From: a virus
Taxonomy: Duplodnaviria; Caudoviricetes
IMG/VR virus record: IMGVR_UViG_3300017766_004787
Coordinates: 1 to 26,497 of that record
Reading direction: 5' to 3' (one strand)
DNA length: 26,497 nt
Below are positions 1-8,565 of the stretch, piece by piece; within the stretch, counting starts at the first letter, position 1; each line of letters opens with the position of its first letter. A program made the position numbers and the translations under genes. The notes beneath the pieces are model-generated. The model ran no database searches, was not told the DNA's origin, and worked only from the letters and a program-made list of their open reading frames with translations.

Positions 1-55
1 CTCGCGTCGCATTTTTGGGCGCGACACGTTGAATCCTCGTTTCGTTTCGCTGCGT

Positions 56-1042
56 ATGCCTACCGCATCCACTTCCGCCGCAATGGTCGCGAAGTTTTGG
101 GCCGTGCATCTTCGCACGGCCCAAAAGTGGCTCGCGTCGTCGCCGCCCGTGCCAGTCTCCGACACGCCGGCCATGCTCGCGTGGTTCGCAGGCTTTCCCT
201 CCGCGTCTCAAAACAAGTTCGCTCGCGGCTTCCGCCGTCGCGTCTCCGAGCTTCGCCTTTTCGCCGAGCGCCACCCCGGCGCCCCCCTCCCGAGCCTCGC
301 CGTCCCCGAGTCCCCCGCGGAAATCGCGGCAGGCCGGCCCCCCGGCTCCCCCCACGCTCAACCTCCCGGAGCCACCTCCCACCCTGCGCCCCCGCTCGCC
401 CCCTCGACCGACTCCGATGCCGCCGTGGCCGTCCCCGGCCTGCCCCCGCTCGCGGCCCCGTCGCCCCTCGATCCTGACTACGCCGCGTTCCTGCTCTCCC
501 ACCCCGCGCCGCCGCCCGACGCCTCCAACGTCATTCCGTCCCTCCGCCACCGTCGCGCCTTCGCCGACTACAAGCTCGGCCTCGCCCAATCCCGCGGCGA
601 TCTCTCCGGGGTCAAGGACGCCACCGACGCGCTTAAGCTCATCTCCTCCGTCCTCTACGACGAGGAGACGCTTTCCTCCCGGCTCGGCCGCGAAGCCGGC
701 GAGATGCTCCCGCGCCCCGCCGCCGAAGCCCTGATCGCCGCCCTGGCCTACTGGTCGCTCCGCGCCGTCGACGGCCACCTCGACCACCTCTCCCGCCGGC
801 TGATCAACCTCTCGTTCCCCGAAGAGGCCCGCGCGATCCTCGAGCCCGAGCTGCTCTCCTCTCGCTTCCTCGTTCCCTTTGCTCGCTCTGCCGCCCACGC
901 CGCGCGCAACTCGCTTCCCTCCTGGGCGCTCGAGAAACTCCGCGACACCACCGACGACTACCTCGAGCACGGCGCCGCCCACTTCGATCTCGTCTTCAAC
1001 TCGCCGCACGCCCCCCCGCCCACCCCGGCGCCCCCGCCATGA
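56..1042 (+). CDS. Putative terminase small subunit (Nu1-like)
   Basis: Overlaps the terminase large subunit start (ATGA at 1039-1042). Has an N-terminal HTH-like segment (AKFWAVHLRTAQKW), a Pro-rich linker and a helical C-terminal part with GEMLPRPAAE, similar to the Nu1-family GELIP..EV motif. Start could be TTG 29 or ATG 56. Confidence 0.55.
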   Translation: MPTASTSAAMVAKFWAVHLRTAQKWLASSPPVPVSDTPAMLAWFAGFPSASQNKFARGFRRRVSELRLFAERHPGAPLPSLAVPESPAEIAAGRPPGSPHAQPPGATSHPAPPLAPSTDSDAAVAVPGLPPLAAPSPLDPDYAAFLLSHPAPPPDASNVIPSLRHRRAFADYKLGLAQSRGDLSGVKDATDALKLISSVLYDEETLSSRLGREAGEMLPRPAAEALIAALAYWSLRAVDGHLDHLSRRLINLSFPEEARAILEPELLSSRFLVPFARSAAHAARNSLPSWALEKLRDTTDDYLEHGAAHFDLVFNSPHAPPPTPAPPP

Positions 1043-2838
1043 CCGGCCCCCTCCGCCGCAAATCCACCCTCGCCTTCGCCCGCAAGCATTGCGCCGCGAT
1101 CCCGTCCATCCTCGACGCCCTGGATCTCCCGATCGCGCCCGACATCCTCGACACCATCGACCAGACCCCCGGCACCCGCTTCCTCATCCGCGGCGCCACC
1201 CAGCTCCTCAAAACCCTCTGCGGCCAGCTCCACGCCATGCGCTCCTTCCTCGTGGAGCCCGGCCCCGCCCTCTGGTATTCGCACCCCGAAAAAGCCATCG
1301 ACGACTTCTGCGACGAAAAATTCAACCCCCTCTTCGACGCCCTTCCGATCCTCCACCCCCTCCTCTACACCGACCCCAACAAACGCGCCCGCACCCGCCT
1401 CCAATTCCCCGCCGGCCACAACTTTCTCCTCCGCTCCGCCGGCATCAAACTCCAGCGCCAGAGCAAGACCGCCCGCACCCTCTACTTCGACGAGTCCTGG
1501 ACCTACGAACCCGGCTGGTGCGCCGACATTGCCAAACGCCGCGAAAGTTTTTCCGAGCACGGCACCTGGCGCGAAATCCACATGCTCACCGGCACGCACC
1601 GCGACACCGAGGCCGACCAGTATTTCCAAGCCTCCGACCAGCGCACCTGGCACCCCCGCTGCCCCACCTGTCACGAGCTGTTCCTCCCCCGCCGCACCCA
1701 CAAAGACCCGACCACCGGCGAACGCATCGGCGGCATCGTCTACGCCACGCACACCCTCCCCTCCGGCCTTGCCGACATGGGCCGCATCGCGCCCACCGTC
1801 GCCTACCAGTGCCCCCATTGCCGCACGCGCCACCCCGACACCCCCGCCACTCGCCTCGCCATGAACGGCACGGCCGCCGCCCCCCGCGGCCGCTACGTCG
1901 CCCTTAACCCCACCCCCTCCACCGCGCCCCGCACGATCGGCTGGCACATCTCCGGCATTCCCTTTTCGTCCTGGGCCGTGATTGCCGGCGAGATGGTCAA
2001 CGCCGAGCGCGAGCGCACCACTCTCGGCACCGTCACCCTCCTCGAGCAGATCATCCTCAAACGCGATGCCGACACATGGGATCCCGAGTTCCATCACCGC
2101 CCCGAAAACCATTCTCAACACCAACACCCCACCCCCTACAAACTCCGCGACCCGTGGCCCGCCGCCCAGATCCGCACCTGCACCGTCGACGTCCAGCTTG
2201 ACCACTTCGTCTGCATCATCCGCGCCTGGGGCCGCTCCTCCGCCTCCCGCCTGCACCTCGCCTTCATCGCCTTCTCCCCCTCCGAGATCGCCCGCGTCTG
2301 CACCGAGGAAAAAGTCGCCCCGGAGCACGTCGCCCTCGACGTCCGCCACGACACGCAGCGCGTCCGCACCATCTGCGCCCGCATGGGCTGGCGCTCCATG
2401 ATGGGCGACAAAGCCGAGCGCGACTACGCCCACCCCGACGGCATCCGCCGCATCTACGCCGAGCCCAAGATCATCGACGCCTACACCGGCACCCTCCTAC
2501 AAGGCACCACCCACTCCTGCGTCATCGAGACCCTTTTTTCAAAAAACTCCGCCCTGAATCGCCTCCACGCCCTCCGGTCGCCCGACGCCCGCACCGCCGC
2601 CGGCGAACCCGTCTGGACCGCTGCCTCCGACGCTCCCGATTGGTATTTCAAGCAAGTCAACGCCCACTACCGCAAACGCGTCGACGCCCCTGACGGCTCC
2701 CACCACCACGTCTGGCACGGACAGAAAAACGACCACGCCGACGACTGCGAGGCCATGGCTGTCGTGATGGCCACCGCCCTTGGCCTCACCGGCGCCGAGA
2801 CGATGGACACCCCGGCCCTTACCCTCGCCCCCACCTGA
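1039..2838 (+). CDS. terL: Terminase large subunit, lambda GpA family
   Basis: Walker A-like RGATQLLKT, Walker B LYFDE, SDQR-W..RCPTC...YQCPHC Zn motif, and RNase H-like nuclease motifs TVDVQ and NDHADDCE. Lies upstream of the joining and portal genes. Confidence 0.9.
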   Translation: MTGPLRRKSTLAFARKHCAAIPSILDALDLPIAPDILDTIDQTPGTRFLIRGATQLLKTLCGQLHAMRSFLVEPGPALWYSHPEKAIDDFCDEKFNPLFDALPILHPLLYTDPNKRARTRLQFPAGHNFLLRSAGIKLQRQSKTARTLYFDESWTYEPGWCADIAKRRESFSEHGTWREIHMLTGTHRDTEADQYFQASDQRTWHPRCPTCHELFLPRRTHKDPTTGERIGGIVYATHTLPSGLADMGRIAPTVAYQCPHCRTRHPDTPATRLAMNGTAAAPRGRYVALNPTPSTAPRTIGWHISGIPFSSWAVIAGEMVNAERERTTLGTVTLLEQIILKRDADTWDPEFHHRPENHSQHQHPTPYKLRDPWPAAQIRTCTVDVQLDHFVCIIRAWGRSSASRLHLAFIAFSPSEIARVCTEEKVAPEHVALDVRHDTQRVRTICARMGWRSMMGDKAERDYAHPDGIRRIYAEPKIIDAYTGTLLQGTTHSCVIETLFSKNSALNRLHALRSPDARTAAGEPVWTAASDAPDWYFKQVNAHYRKRVDAPDGSHHHVWHGQKNDHADDCEAMAVVMATALGLTGAETMDTPALTLAPT

Positions 2839-2841
2839 TCT

Positions 2842-2874
2842 CTTCAACTTAAACCTTCAGCCTTCAACTGGCGC
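2842..2874 (+). repeat. Repeat family B (CTTMAAC-periodic, ending ACTGGCG), copy 1
   Basis: cttcaacttaaaccttcagccttcaactggcgc; related copies listed separately. Confidence 0.75.
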
Positions 2875-2885
2875 GCCCGCGCGCC

Positions 2886-2893
2886 TTGACACC
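2886..2893 (+). promoter_or_regulatory. TTGACACC box 1 (putative late promoter element)
   Basis: The same 8-mer occurs at six intergenic positions; it contains the sigma70 -35 hexamer TTGACA. Confidence 0.55.
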
Positions 2894-2928
2894 CGCCCCA
2901 ATCGAAGCGCCCCCGCGCTCGGATCACC

Positions 2929-2958
2929 ACCCGCGCTCCCCGGAGTCGCGGGTTTTTT
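2929..2958 (+). terminator. Intrinsic terminator
   Basis: acccgcg-ctcc...ggag-t-cgcgggt stem followed by a T run. Confidence 0.65.
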
Positions 2959-2977
2959 CATTTTCGCCCTCCTCCCT

Positions 2978-3016
2978 CCGTCTCCCGTCCCCCGTCCCCC
3001 GTCTCCCGTCCTCCGC
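2978..3016 (+). repeat. Heptamer tandem repeat CCGTCYC (family F), copy 1
   Basis: ccgtctc-ccgtccc-ccgtccc-ccgtctc-ccgtcct; a related array lies at 6387-6452. Confidence 0.7.
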
Positions 3017-3019
3017 CCC

Positions 3020-3289
3020 ATGAGCCAACTCACCGTCCAATCCGGCCTCTACCGCTTTTTCACCCAGGCGGAGCTCAACACCGAGCGCCTGCGCTACAAA
3101 GACGAAGTCAAGAAGTCGAACTCCTCCCTGGTGGGCGCCTCGATCAACGGCCAATCCTACCAATTCAGCTCCGCCGGCCGCGAGATGACCCTCACCGAGT
3201 GGGGCGATGAACTAGCCGCCGCCTACCTCCAGCTCGGCGTCACCGACTACGGCGCCCCCTCCCCTAATTCCGTCTCCGCCCGCTTCTAA
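3020..3289 (+). CDS. Head-tail joining protein, gpW-like (89 aa)
   Basis: Small ORF between terL and portal, with helix-hairpin-helix pattern (GASINGQSYQF). ATG 3020 is in frame with ORF 2780..3289. Confidence 0.65.
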   Translation: MSQLTVQSGLYRFFTQAELNTERLRYKDEVKKSNSSLVGASINGQSYQFSSAGREMTLTEWGDELAAAYLQLGVTDYGAPSPNSVSARF

Positions 3290-3307
3290 GTCTACCGACG
3301 CCTCCCG

Positions 3308-4873
3308 ATGCCCACCCAAACCGCGCCCGGCTTCCTCACCCTCGTCGATTCGCGGGGTAACCCCTACCCCGCCGGCCCCACCGGCACCCAATACCGCCGC
3401 ACCCCCGACGACGACCGCCTCCGCCCGGCCCCTCCAAATCACTATGGCGACTACATCGACCTCCTCGCCCCCCGGAATTTCCGCCGCCTCGTCTCCGAGT
3501 CCCGCGCCCAGGGCGGCCATGGCCAACCCCACGCCCTGCTCGACCAGAAAGCCGACTACGTCGCCGCCAGCGACTTCCGCCCCCAGTTCCGTGGCAACGA
3601 TCACACCTACGGCGCCACCGCCCTCCCCATCCTCGAGTCCGCCCTGAACATCACCAACCTCCGCGGCTACCTCTACGACTGGCGCACCACCTGGCGCCTC
3701 GCCGTCCCCACCCTCGGCACCGACGGCTCCTTCTACGTCCTCCTCACCCGCTGGGAGTCCGGCTACCCCGCCCTCCAGATCCTCGAGGCTTACCGCATCG
3801 GCCAGCGCGACGACTCCGTCCAAGTCGTCGGCGCCACCGATGCCCTCACCACCATCACCACCGACACCGGCGCGCAAAAAACCATCCGCGGCGCCTACCG
3901 GGGCCTCCGCATCACCGGCGGCCACATCTACAACCCCGCCGGCACCGAGGTCGCCTACCGCGTCCTCGGCCCCGACCCCAAAGGCAGCGACGATCTGGAC
4001 ATCTCCGCGCGCGACCTCTTCCGCGTCGCCCGCCCCCGCTCCTACTCCGAAGGCCGCACGCCCCCCGAGATGGCCGCCGCTCTCTTCGACTTCATCGGCC
4101 TCGAGCTCGCCCAATCCGCCCAGCTCGACCAGCAGATCGAAGACGCCCGCCTCACCCTCATCGAGACCAACGCCGACGGCAAATACAACCCCGCCGCCGC
4201 CTTCTCCGCCCCGCGCGCCCCCAGCTCTGGCGCCACCGAGACCGTCGAATCCACGCGCGGCCGCACCCGCTTCGTGAAGACCGGCTACAGCGTCACCGCC
4301 CACCAATCGGAACGCCCCTCCGATCAGTGGATGAACTTCGACTCCCGCGTCCACTCCCGCGGCGCCGCCGGCATCCGTTGGCGCGCCGAGATGTTGGATC
4401 CGGCCGCCCTTAAAGGCGCCAGCAACCGCGCCCTGCAGGACCAAATCAACACCCTGATCCGCGAGACGTTCACGACCCTCGACCGCGCCGCTGCCCGCGT
4501 GGCCAACTACACCGCCGCCGTCCTCGCCGGCCCCGACCTCCGCGTCCTCCCGCTCCACGAAGAGACGATGATGTGGGGCATCGCCCCGCCGCCCTGGTTC
4601 GAAGTCGACCGAGCCAGCGCCAAGTATGATCTCGACGACGTCGCCGCCGGCCGTGTCGCCATGTCGACCCTCCACGCCCGCGACGGCAAGACGAGCGCCG
4701 AAGTCTACACCGAGCGCGCCCGGGCCTACATGGAAGCCCTGGCAATCCAGAAAAAGTATCCCGAAGTCCCCCTCGAGCAAATCCTCGGCGACCTCGGCAA
4801 CACCGTCCAACGCACCGGGGCGCAGGGTGCGCCAGCCAATCCCAAGCCCGACCCCGCCGACGACGAAGACTGA
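3308..4873 (+). CDS. Portal protein, lambda family
   Basis: 521 aa, in the canonical position between gpW and protease. Motifs LQILEAYRI, G..YN..G..VAY, W..PPP.FEVD. Confidence 0.85.
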   Translation: MPTQTAPGFLTLVDSRGNPYPAGPTGTQYRRTPDDDRLRPAPPNHYGDYIDLLAPRNFRRLVSESRAQGGHGQPHALLDQKADYVAASDFRPQFRGNDHTYGATALPILESALNITNLRGYLYDWRTTWRLAVPTLGTDGSFYVLLTRWESGYPALQILEAYRIGQRDDSVQVVGATDALTTITTDTGAQKTIRGAYRGLRITGGHIYNPAGTEVAYRVLGPDPKGSDDLDISARDLFRVARPRSYSEGRTPPEMAAALFDFIGLELAQSAQLDQQIEDARLTLIETNADGKYNPAAAFSAPRAPSSGATETVESTRGRTRFVKTGYSVTAHQSERPSDQWMNFDSRVHSRGAAGIRWRAEMLDPAALKGASNRALQDQINTLIRETFTTLDRAAARVANYTAAVLAGPDLRVLPLHEETMMWGIAPPPWFEVDRASAKYDLDDVAAGRVAMSTLHARDGKTSAEVYTERARAYMEALAIQKKYPEVPLEQILGDLGNTVQRTGAQGAPANPKPDPADDED

Positions 4874-4886
4874 TTTCCTCCTTTTA

Positions 4887-4914
4887 CTTAAACTTCCACC
4901 CTTAAACTGGCGCC
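4887..4914 (+). repeat. Repeat family B, copy 2
   Basis: cttaaacttccacccttaaactggcgcc between portal and protease. Confidence 0.8.
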
Positions 4915-4930
4915 GCCCCGGCGCCCTACC

Positions 4931-5752
4931 ATGAAATTCCTCCACCTCGCCGAGCACATCTACCACCGCCCCTGGTTCATCACGCCCGAGTCCCACGCCT
5001 CCATCCGCATGGTCTTTGAGCGCGCCCTCACCACCGATCTTCGCCTCGAAGACTCGCCCCTCGCCGACCTCTTCCCTCAGCGCAAAAGCCTTGTCATCGA
5101 TTCCGACGGCATCGCCACGATCCACATCCTCGGCCCCCTCGGCAAAGGCCTTTCCAAGATCGAGCAGTCGTGTGGCGCCACGTCCTTCGAGTCCATCCGC
5201 GCCGACTACGAGCACGCCCTCACCGCTGGCGCCGTCGGCTGTATCCTCCACATCGATTCGCCCGGAGGCACCGTCACTGGCACTCCCGAGATCGCCGACC
5301 TCCTCGCGTCCGACCGCCTGCCCTGTGTGGCCTATACCGAAGACATGATCGCCTCGGCCGCCTACTACCTCGCCGCCGGCACCCGCGGCATCGTCGCCAC
5401 CCAGTCCGCCTCCGTCGGCTCCATCGGCGTTTACATCCCCTGGATGGACACCTCCGCCCAATACGAACGCGAAGGCCTCCGCCCCGATCCCATCGTCAAC
5501 ACCGGCGGCGACCTCAAGGCCCTTGGCTTCGGCGGCAGCCTCACCGCCGCCCAGCGCACCCACCTCCAGGAGAGCGTCGACGCCTCCTTCGGGGAGTTCA
5601 CCGCGCACATCCTCGCCCACCGCATGGTCCCGGCCTCCGCCATGCGCGGCCAAGTCCTCAGCGGATCCGGCGCCCTCGCCGCGAATCTCATCGATGCCAT
5701 CGGCGACATGGCCACCGCCCGCGCTCTCCTCGTCTCGACCCTTTCCCGTTGA
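4931..5752 (+). CDS. Prohead protease, S49/SppA family (lambda gpC-like)
   Basis: Motifs LHIDSPGG, ASAAYYLA, SVGSIGV and ANLIDAIG are diagnostic of S49 peptidases. Confidence 0.92.
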   Translation: MKFLHLAEHIYHRPWFITPESHASIRMVFERALTTDLRLEDSPLADLFPQRKSLVIDSDGIATIHILGPLGKGLSKIEQSCGATSFESIRADYEHALTAGAVGCILHIDSPGGTVTGTPEIADLLASDRLPCVAYTEDMIASAAYYLAAGTRGIVATQSASVGSIGVYIPWMDTSAQYEREGLRPDPIVNTGGDLKALGFGGSLTAAQRTHLQESVDASFGEFTAHILAHRMVPASAMRGQVLSGSGALAANLIDAIGDMATARALLVSTLSR

Positions 5753-5757
5753 GCCCC

Positions 5758-5765
5758 TTGACACC
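5758..5765 (+). promoter_or_regulatory. TTGACACC box 2
   Basis: 28 nt upstream of ATG 5786; followed by CCACTCACAAC at the same offset as in box 5. Confidence 0.55.
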
Positions 5766-5785
5766 CTAACCACTCACAACTTCCC

Positions 5786-6385
5786 ATGTCCCTCTCCTCC
5801 GTCCTCTCTGCCCTCGGCCTCGCCCCCAAGACCCTTACCGAAGCGCGCGGCACGCTCGACACCTCCAAAGCCACCCTCGAGTCCGTCGCCGCCCTCTTCA
5901 CGACCGCCGGCCTGAACCTCGAGGCCTTCCTCGCCGCCGGCCCTGAGTCGCTCAAAGCCCACCTCGCGTCCGTAGACAACGCCGGCCAGGTCGCCTCCCT
6001 GTCCCTCGAGCTCGCCTCGGCCAAGTCTGCCCTCGAGACCAGGGCCGGCGAAGTCGCCTCGCTGGAAGCCTCCCTCGCCGCCCGCACGTCCGTCCTCTCC
6101 ACCCTCGGCATCGTCGAGATGCAGAGCGCCGACACCCCCGCCGCGATCAAAACTGCCTTCGAGTCCCACGTCGCGAAGCAGACCACCCTCGCCCTCGCGA
6201 AGACTGGCCACCCGCCCGTGGCCCACATCGACGCCAACGCCGCGCCCGCCGCCGAGCAGCTCAGCGACGAAGCCCACCTCGCCGCCTACGAAAAACTCGA
6301 GGGCTCCGAAGCCCGCGCCTACCTCTCCACCCACAGCCAAGCCCTCTGGCGCGCCGACATCGCCCGCCGCACCACCCGCCGCTGA
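5786..6385 (+). CDS. Putative capsid scaffolding protein
   Basis: Ala/Leu-rich coiled-coil ORF between protease and capsid. Confidence 0.6.
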   Translation: MSLSSVLSALGLAPKTLTEARGTLDTSKATLESVAALFTTAGLNLEAFLAAGPESLKAHLASVDNAGQVASLSLELASAKSALETRAGEVASLEASLAARTSVLSTLGIVEMQSADTPAAIKTAFESHVAKQTTLALAKTGHPPVAHIDANAAPAAEQLSDEAHLAAYEKLEGSEARAYLSTHSQALWRADIARRTTRR

Positions 6386-6386
6386 T

Positions 6387-6452
6387 CCCGTCCCCCGTCC
6401 TCTGTCCCCTGTCCCCTGTCCCCTCTCTCCCTCTCTCCGTCCCTCTCTCCGT
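6387..6452 (+). repeat. Heptamer tandem repeat (family F), copy 2
   Basis: cccgtcc-cccgtcc-tctgtcc-cctgtcc-cctgtcc... upstream of the capsid gene. Confidence 0.65.
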
Positions 6453-6509
6453 CAGTTCCACCCTCACCCCTCACTCACCGCGCACACCTGATCGGGCTGG
6501 CCCTCCATC

Positions 6510-7388
6510 ATGGCAAATAACCTGACCTCTTCCCTCATCCTCGATACGATCGGCAAACGCTCGGTCACGTATCTCGGCAACATCCTCGCCCCGTTCTCCG
6601 CCTTCTCGACCGACTTCTCCACGGAGTCCTTCACGCAGGGCCAAAACGTCCGCATCCCGGTCGCCACCGTCGGCGCCACCGTCCAGACGAATCCCACCAA
6701 CTGGGAATCCGGCGACAGCAACATCAGCAACGTCAACGTGCTGGTTTCGCAATACAGCGTCAGCTTCCAGCTCACGCCCCGTGAGCTCAACAACGGCTTC
6801 CGCCTCGACCAGCTCGTCGACATCAACCTCCAGAATTTCGGCAACAAGCTGATCGACGTCGCCTTCACGCCGTTCACCACGACGAACTTCAGCAACATCA
6901 CCGTCGCGCAGTCCTCGCTCGTCGGCGCCAATCTCCAGACCGCGTGGGCCGGCATCGCCAAGGTTCCGGTCAAAAACCTGATCCTCGACGGCACGGCCTA
7001 CAGCAAGCTCCTCCCCACGAGCCTCACGACCGAGATCGGGCCCCGTCCCGGCCTCGCCGGCTTTGACGGCATCTACCTGAACACCCGCTGGACGGGTGCC
7101 GGCACCAACATCTACGGCTTCGCCGGCGGTGCCGGTGCGGTGGCGATGGTCTCCGGCCTGCCCGAGACGAACAGCGACGGCATGGACGGCCTCGAGCAAT
7201 CCGTGGTCTCGATCCAGCTCGGCGGCCGGGGCAGCCTCGGCCAGGGCCCGAGCGGCCCGGTCCTCCCGGTCCTCACCTCGACGTGGCTCTCGATGGCGAC
7301 CCGCACCCGCTGGGTCAGCTTCGACGTCATGCTCGGCGCGTCGGCCACGGGCGACACCGCCGCCGGCTACGTCTTCAAGAGCGCCTGA
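6510..7388 (+). CDS. Major capsid protein (HK97 fold, inferred)
   Basis: 292 aa after protease and scaffold. MANNL start, GQNVRIPV E-loop-like motif, C-terminal FDVMLGA; followed by a terminator. Confidence 0.8.
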   Translation: MANNLTSSLILDTIGKRSVTYLGNILAPFSAFSTDFSTESFTQGQNVRIPVATVGATVQTNPTNWESGDSNISNVNVLVSQYSVSFQLTPRELNNGFRLDQLVDINLQNFGNKLIDVAFTPFTTTNFSNITVAQSSLVGANLQTAWAGIAKVPVKNLILDGTAYSKLLPTSLTTEIGPRPGLAGFDGIYLNTRWTGAGTNIYGFAGGAGAVAMVSGLPETNSDGMDGLEQSVVSIQLGGRGSLGQGPSGPVLPVLTSTWLSMATRTRWVSFDVMLGASATGDTAAGYVFKSA

Positions 7389-7430
7389 TTTTGGTTCATG
7401 GTCGCCCCCTCGAGGCGCATATCGAAACGC

Positions 7431-7460
7431 AAGCCCCGCCCTCACCGGCGGGGCTTTTTC
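7431..7460 (+). terminator. Intrinsic terminator after capsid gene
   Basis: aagccccgcc-ctcacc-ggcggggctt followed by T run. Confidence 0.8.
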
Positions 7461-7476
7461 GTGCCCCTCGCTCCGA

Positions 7477-7559
7477 CTCTTTCTCTTTCCTCTTTATCTT
7501 AATCTTTCTCCTTCCGAAACCCTGACGAAAGAGGAAAGAGAAAGAGGAAAGAGAAAGAG
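7477..7559 (+). repeat. Repeat family A (polypyrimidine/polypurine hairpin with CCTGACGAAAG core), copy 1
   Basis: ctctttctctttcctcttt...taatctttctc...cctgacgaaag...aaagaggaaagagaaagag; the arms are reverse complements. Confidence 0.9.
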
Positions 7560-7570
7560 CCGGCCCCCAC

Positions 7571-7578
7571 TTGACACC
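7571..7578 (+). promoter_or_regulatory. TTGACACC box 3
   Basis: 26 nt upstream of ATG 7597, at the head of the sugar cassette. Confidence 0.55.
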
Positions 7579-7596
7579 GCGCCCGCTCATGCACGC

Positions 7597-8502
7597 ATGA
7601 ACACTCCCGCACTCCCCGCGGCGGCTCAGCCCGCCCTCACCCCCCCCGCTGGCGCCCAGATCTTCGATGCCCGCGACCGCATCACGATCCTCACCCCCTG
7701 CTACGACTACTCCCTCACGGAGTATTACCACAACAGCCTCACCGCCTGCCGCGAAGCCCGCGCCTGGTTCCGCCAGCCCGACGGCTCTGTCGAGCTCATG
7801 TCGCTCATCTCGCACCGCCTCAGCCTGCCAAACGATTCCCACATCGACCGCGCCCGCAACGTCCTCGCGAATATGTGGGAACGCGAAAACACCACCACCT
7901 TCTGCCTCTGGTGGGATGCCGACATCCCCATGGACCCGAGCGACATCATGCGCCTCTACGTCCACCTCCAGAAAGGCAATCCCTTCGTGTGCGGCTTTTA
8001 TGCGATGAAGTGCCTCCAGCCCACTTTTGTCGCAAACATCGTCCCCGGGTCCAAGCCCGATCCTGAGACCGGCCTGATCGACCTTCTGCACGGCGCCACC
8101 GGTTGCATGGCCTGGCACCGCTCCGTCCTCTCCGATCTCCGCACCCACCCCGGCGTCAAGCCCTACCGCTGTGCGCCGAACACCCCTTGGCCCGGCCAAA
8201 AGTTCTACGCCTACTTTACCTCGGGAGTCCACGGCGACATCGACCCAAAGGACGGCCTGAAAAACTGGCAAAGCGAAGACTGGATGGTCTGCGAATACTG
8301 GCGCGAGCTCGGCGGCAAGGTTGTCGGTGATACCAACATCAAACTCCGCCACCTCGGCCGCCTGCTCTTCCCGCCCGCGATCTCCGAGCTGGTCGACGCG
8401 ACGGTCGCGATGATCGAGTCGAACAACCCCGCCGTGGACCGCGCCAAAATCGCCGCTGCCCTCAACGCCTACGGCGAGTCGAAGTTAAAGCAAAAAAGCT
8501 AA
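7597..8502 (+). CDS. GT-A fold (GT2-like) glycosyltransferase
   Basis: Motifs ILTPCY, SHIDRARN, DxD (WWDADI), ATGCM and SEDW..C..W...GGKV..D....L.H.G, typical of phage GT2-like proteins. The in-frame ATG after the repeat is 7597. Confidence 0.75.
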   Translation: MNTPALPAAAQPALTPPAGAQIFDARDRITILTPCYDYSLTEYYHNSLTACREARAWFRQPDGSVELMSLISHRLSLPNDSHIDRARNVLANMWERENTTTFCLWWDADIPMDPSDIMRLYVHLQKGNPFVCGFYAMKCLQPTFVANIVPGSKPDPETGLIDLLHGATGCMAWHRSVLSDLRTHPGVKPYRCAPNTPWPGQKFYAYFTSGVHGDIDPKDGLKNWQSEDWMVCEYWRELGGKVVGDTNIKLRHLGRLLFPPAISELVDATVAMIESNNPAVDRAKIAAALNAYGESKLKQKS

Positions 8503-8529
8503 AGCCCAGTCACCGGCCTCCGGCCCCTG

Positions 8530-8559
8530 CAACTTAAACTTCCCTCCTTAAACTGGCGT
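8530..8559 (+). repeat. Repeat family B, copy 3
   Basis: caacttaaacttccctccttaaactggcg; a partial complementary arm gaagttaaag lies at about 8481. Confidence 0.75.
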
Positions 8560-8565
8560 CATCCC

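Noticed and set aside
958-5773. Long minus-strand ORFs (958..2433, 3212..5773 and similar ones elsewhere)
   Set aside because: These are shadow ORFs produced by the codon bias of the real + strand genes; Gly/Val-rich with no motifs.
7514-7537. Hammerhead ribozyme suggested by CTGACGA and nearby GAAA in family A
   Set aside because: There is no room for stems I-III in any permutation, and the upstream GAAA is not conserved in other copies (GAAC, GAGA).
7096-7596. N-terminal extensions in the ORF track (7096, 2780, 11764, 20707, 19528, 15452)
   Set aside because: They run through upstream genes, terminators or repeats; downstream in-frame ATGs fit better.
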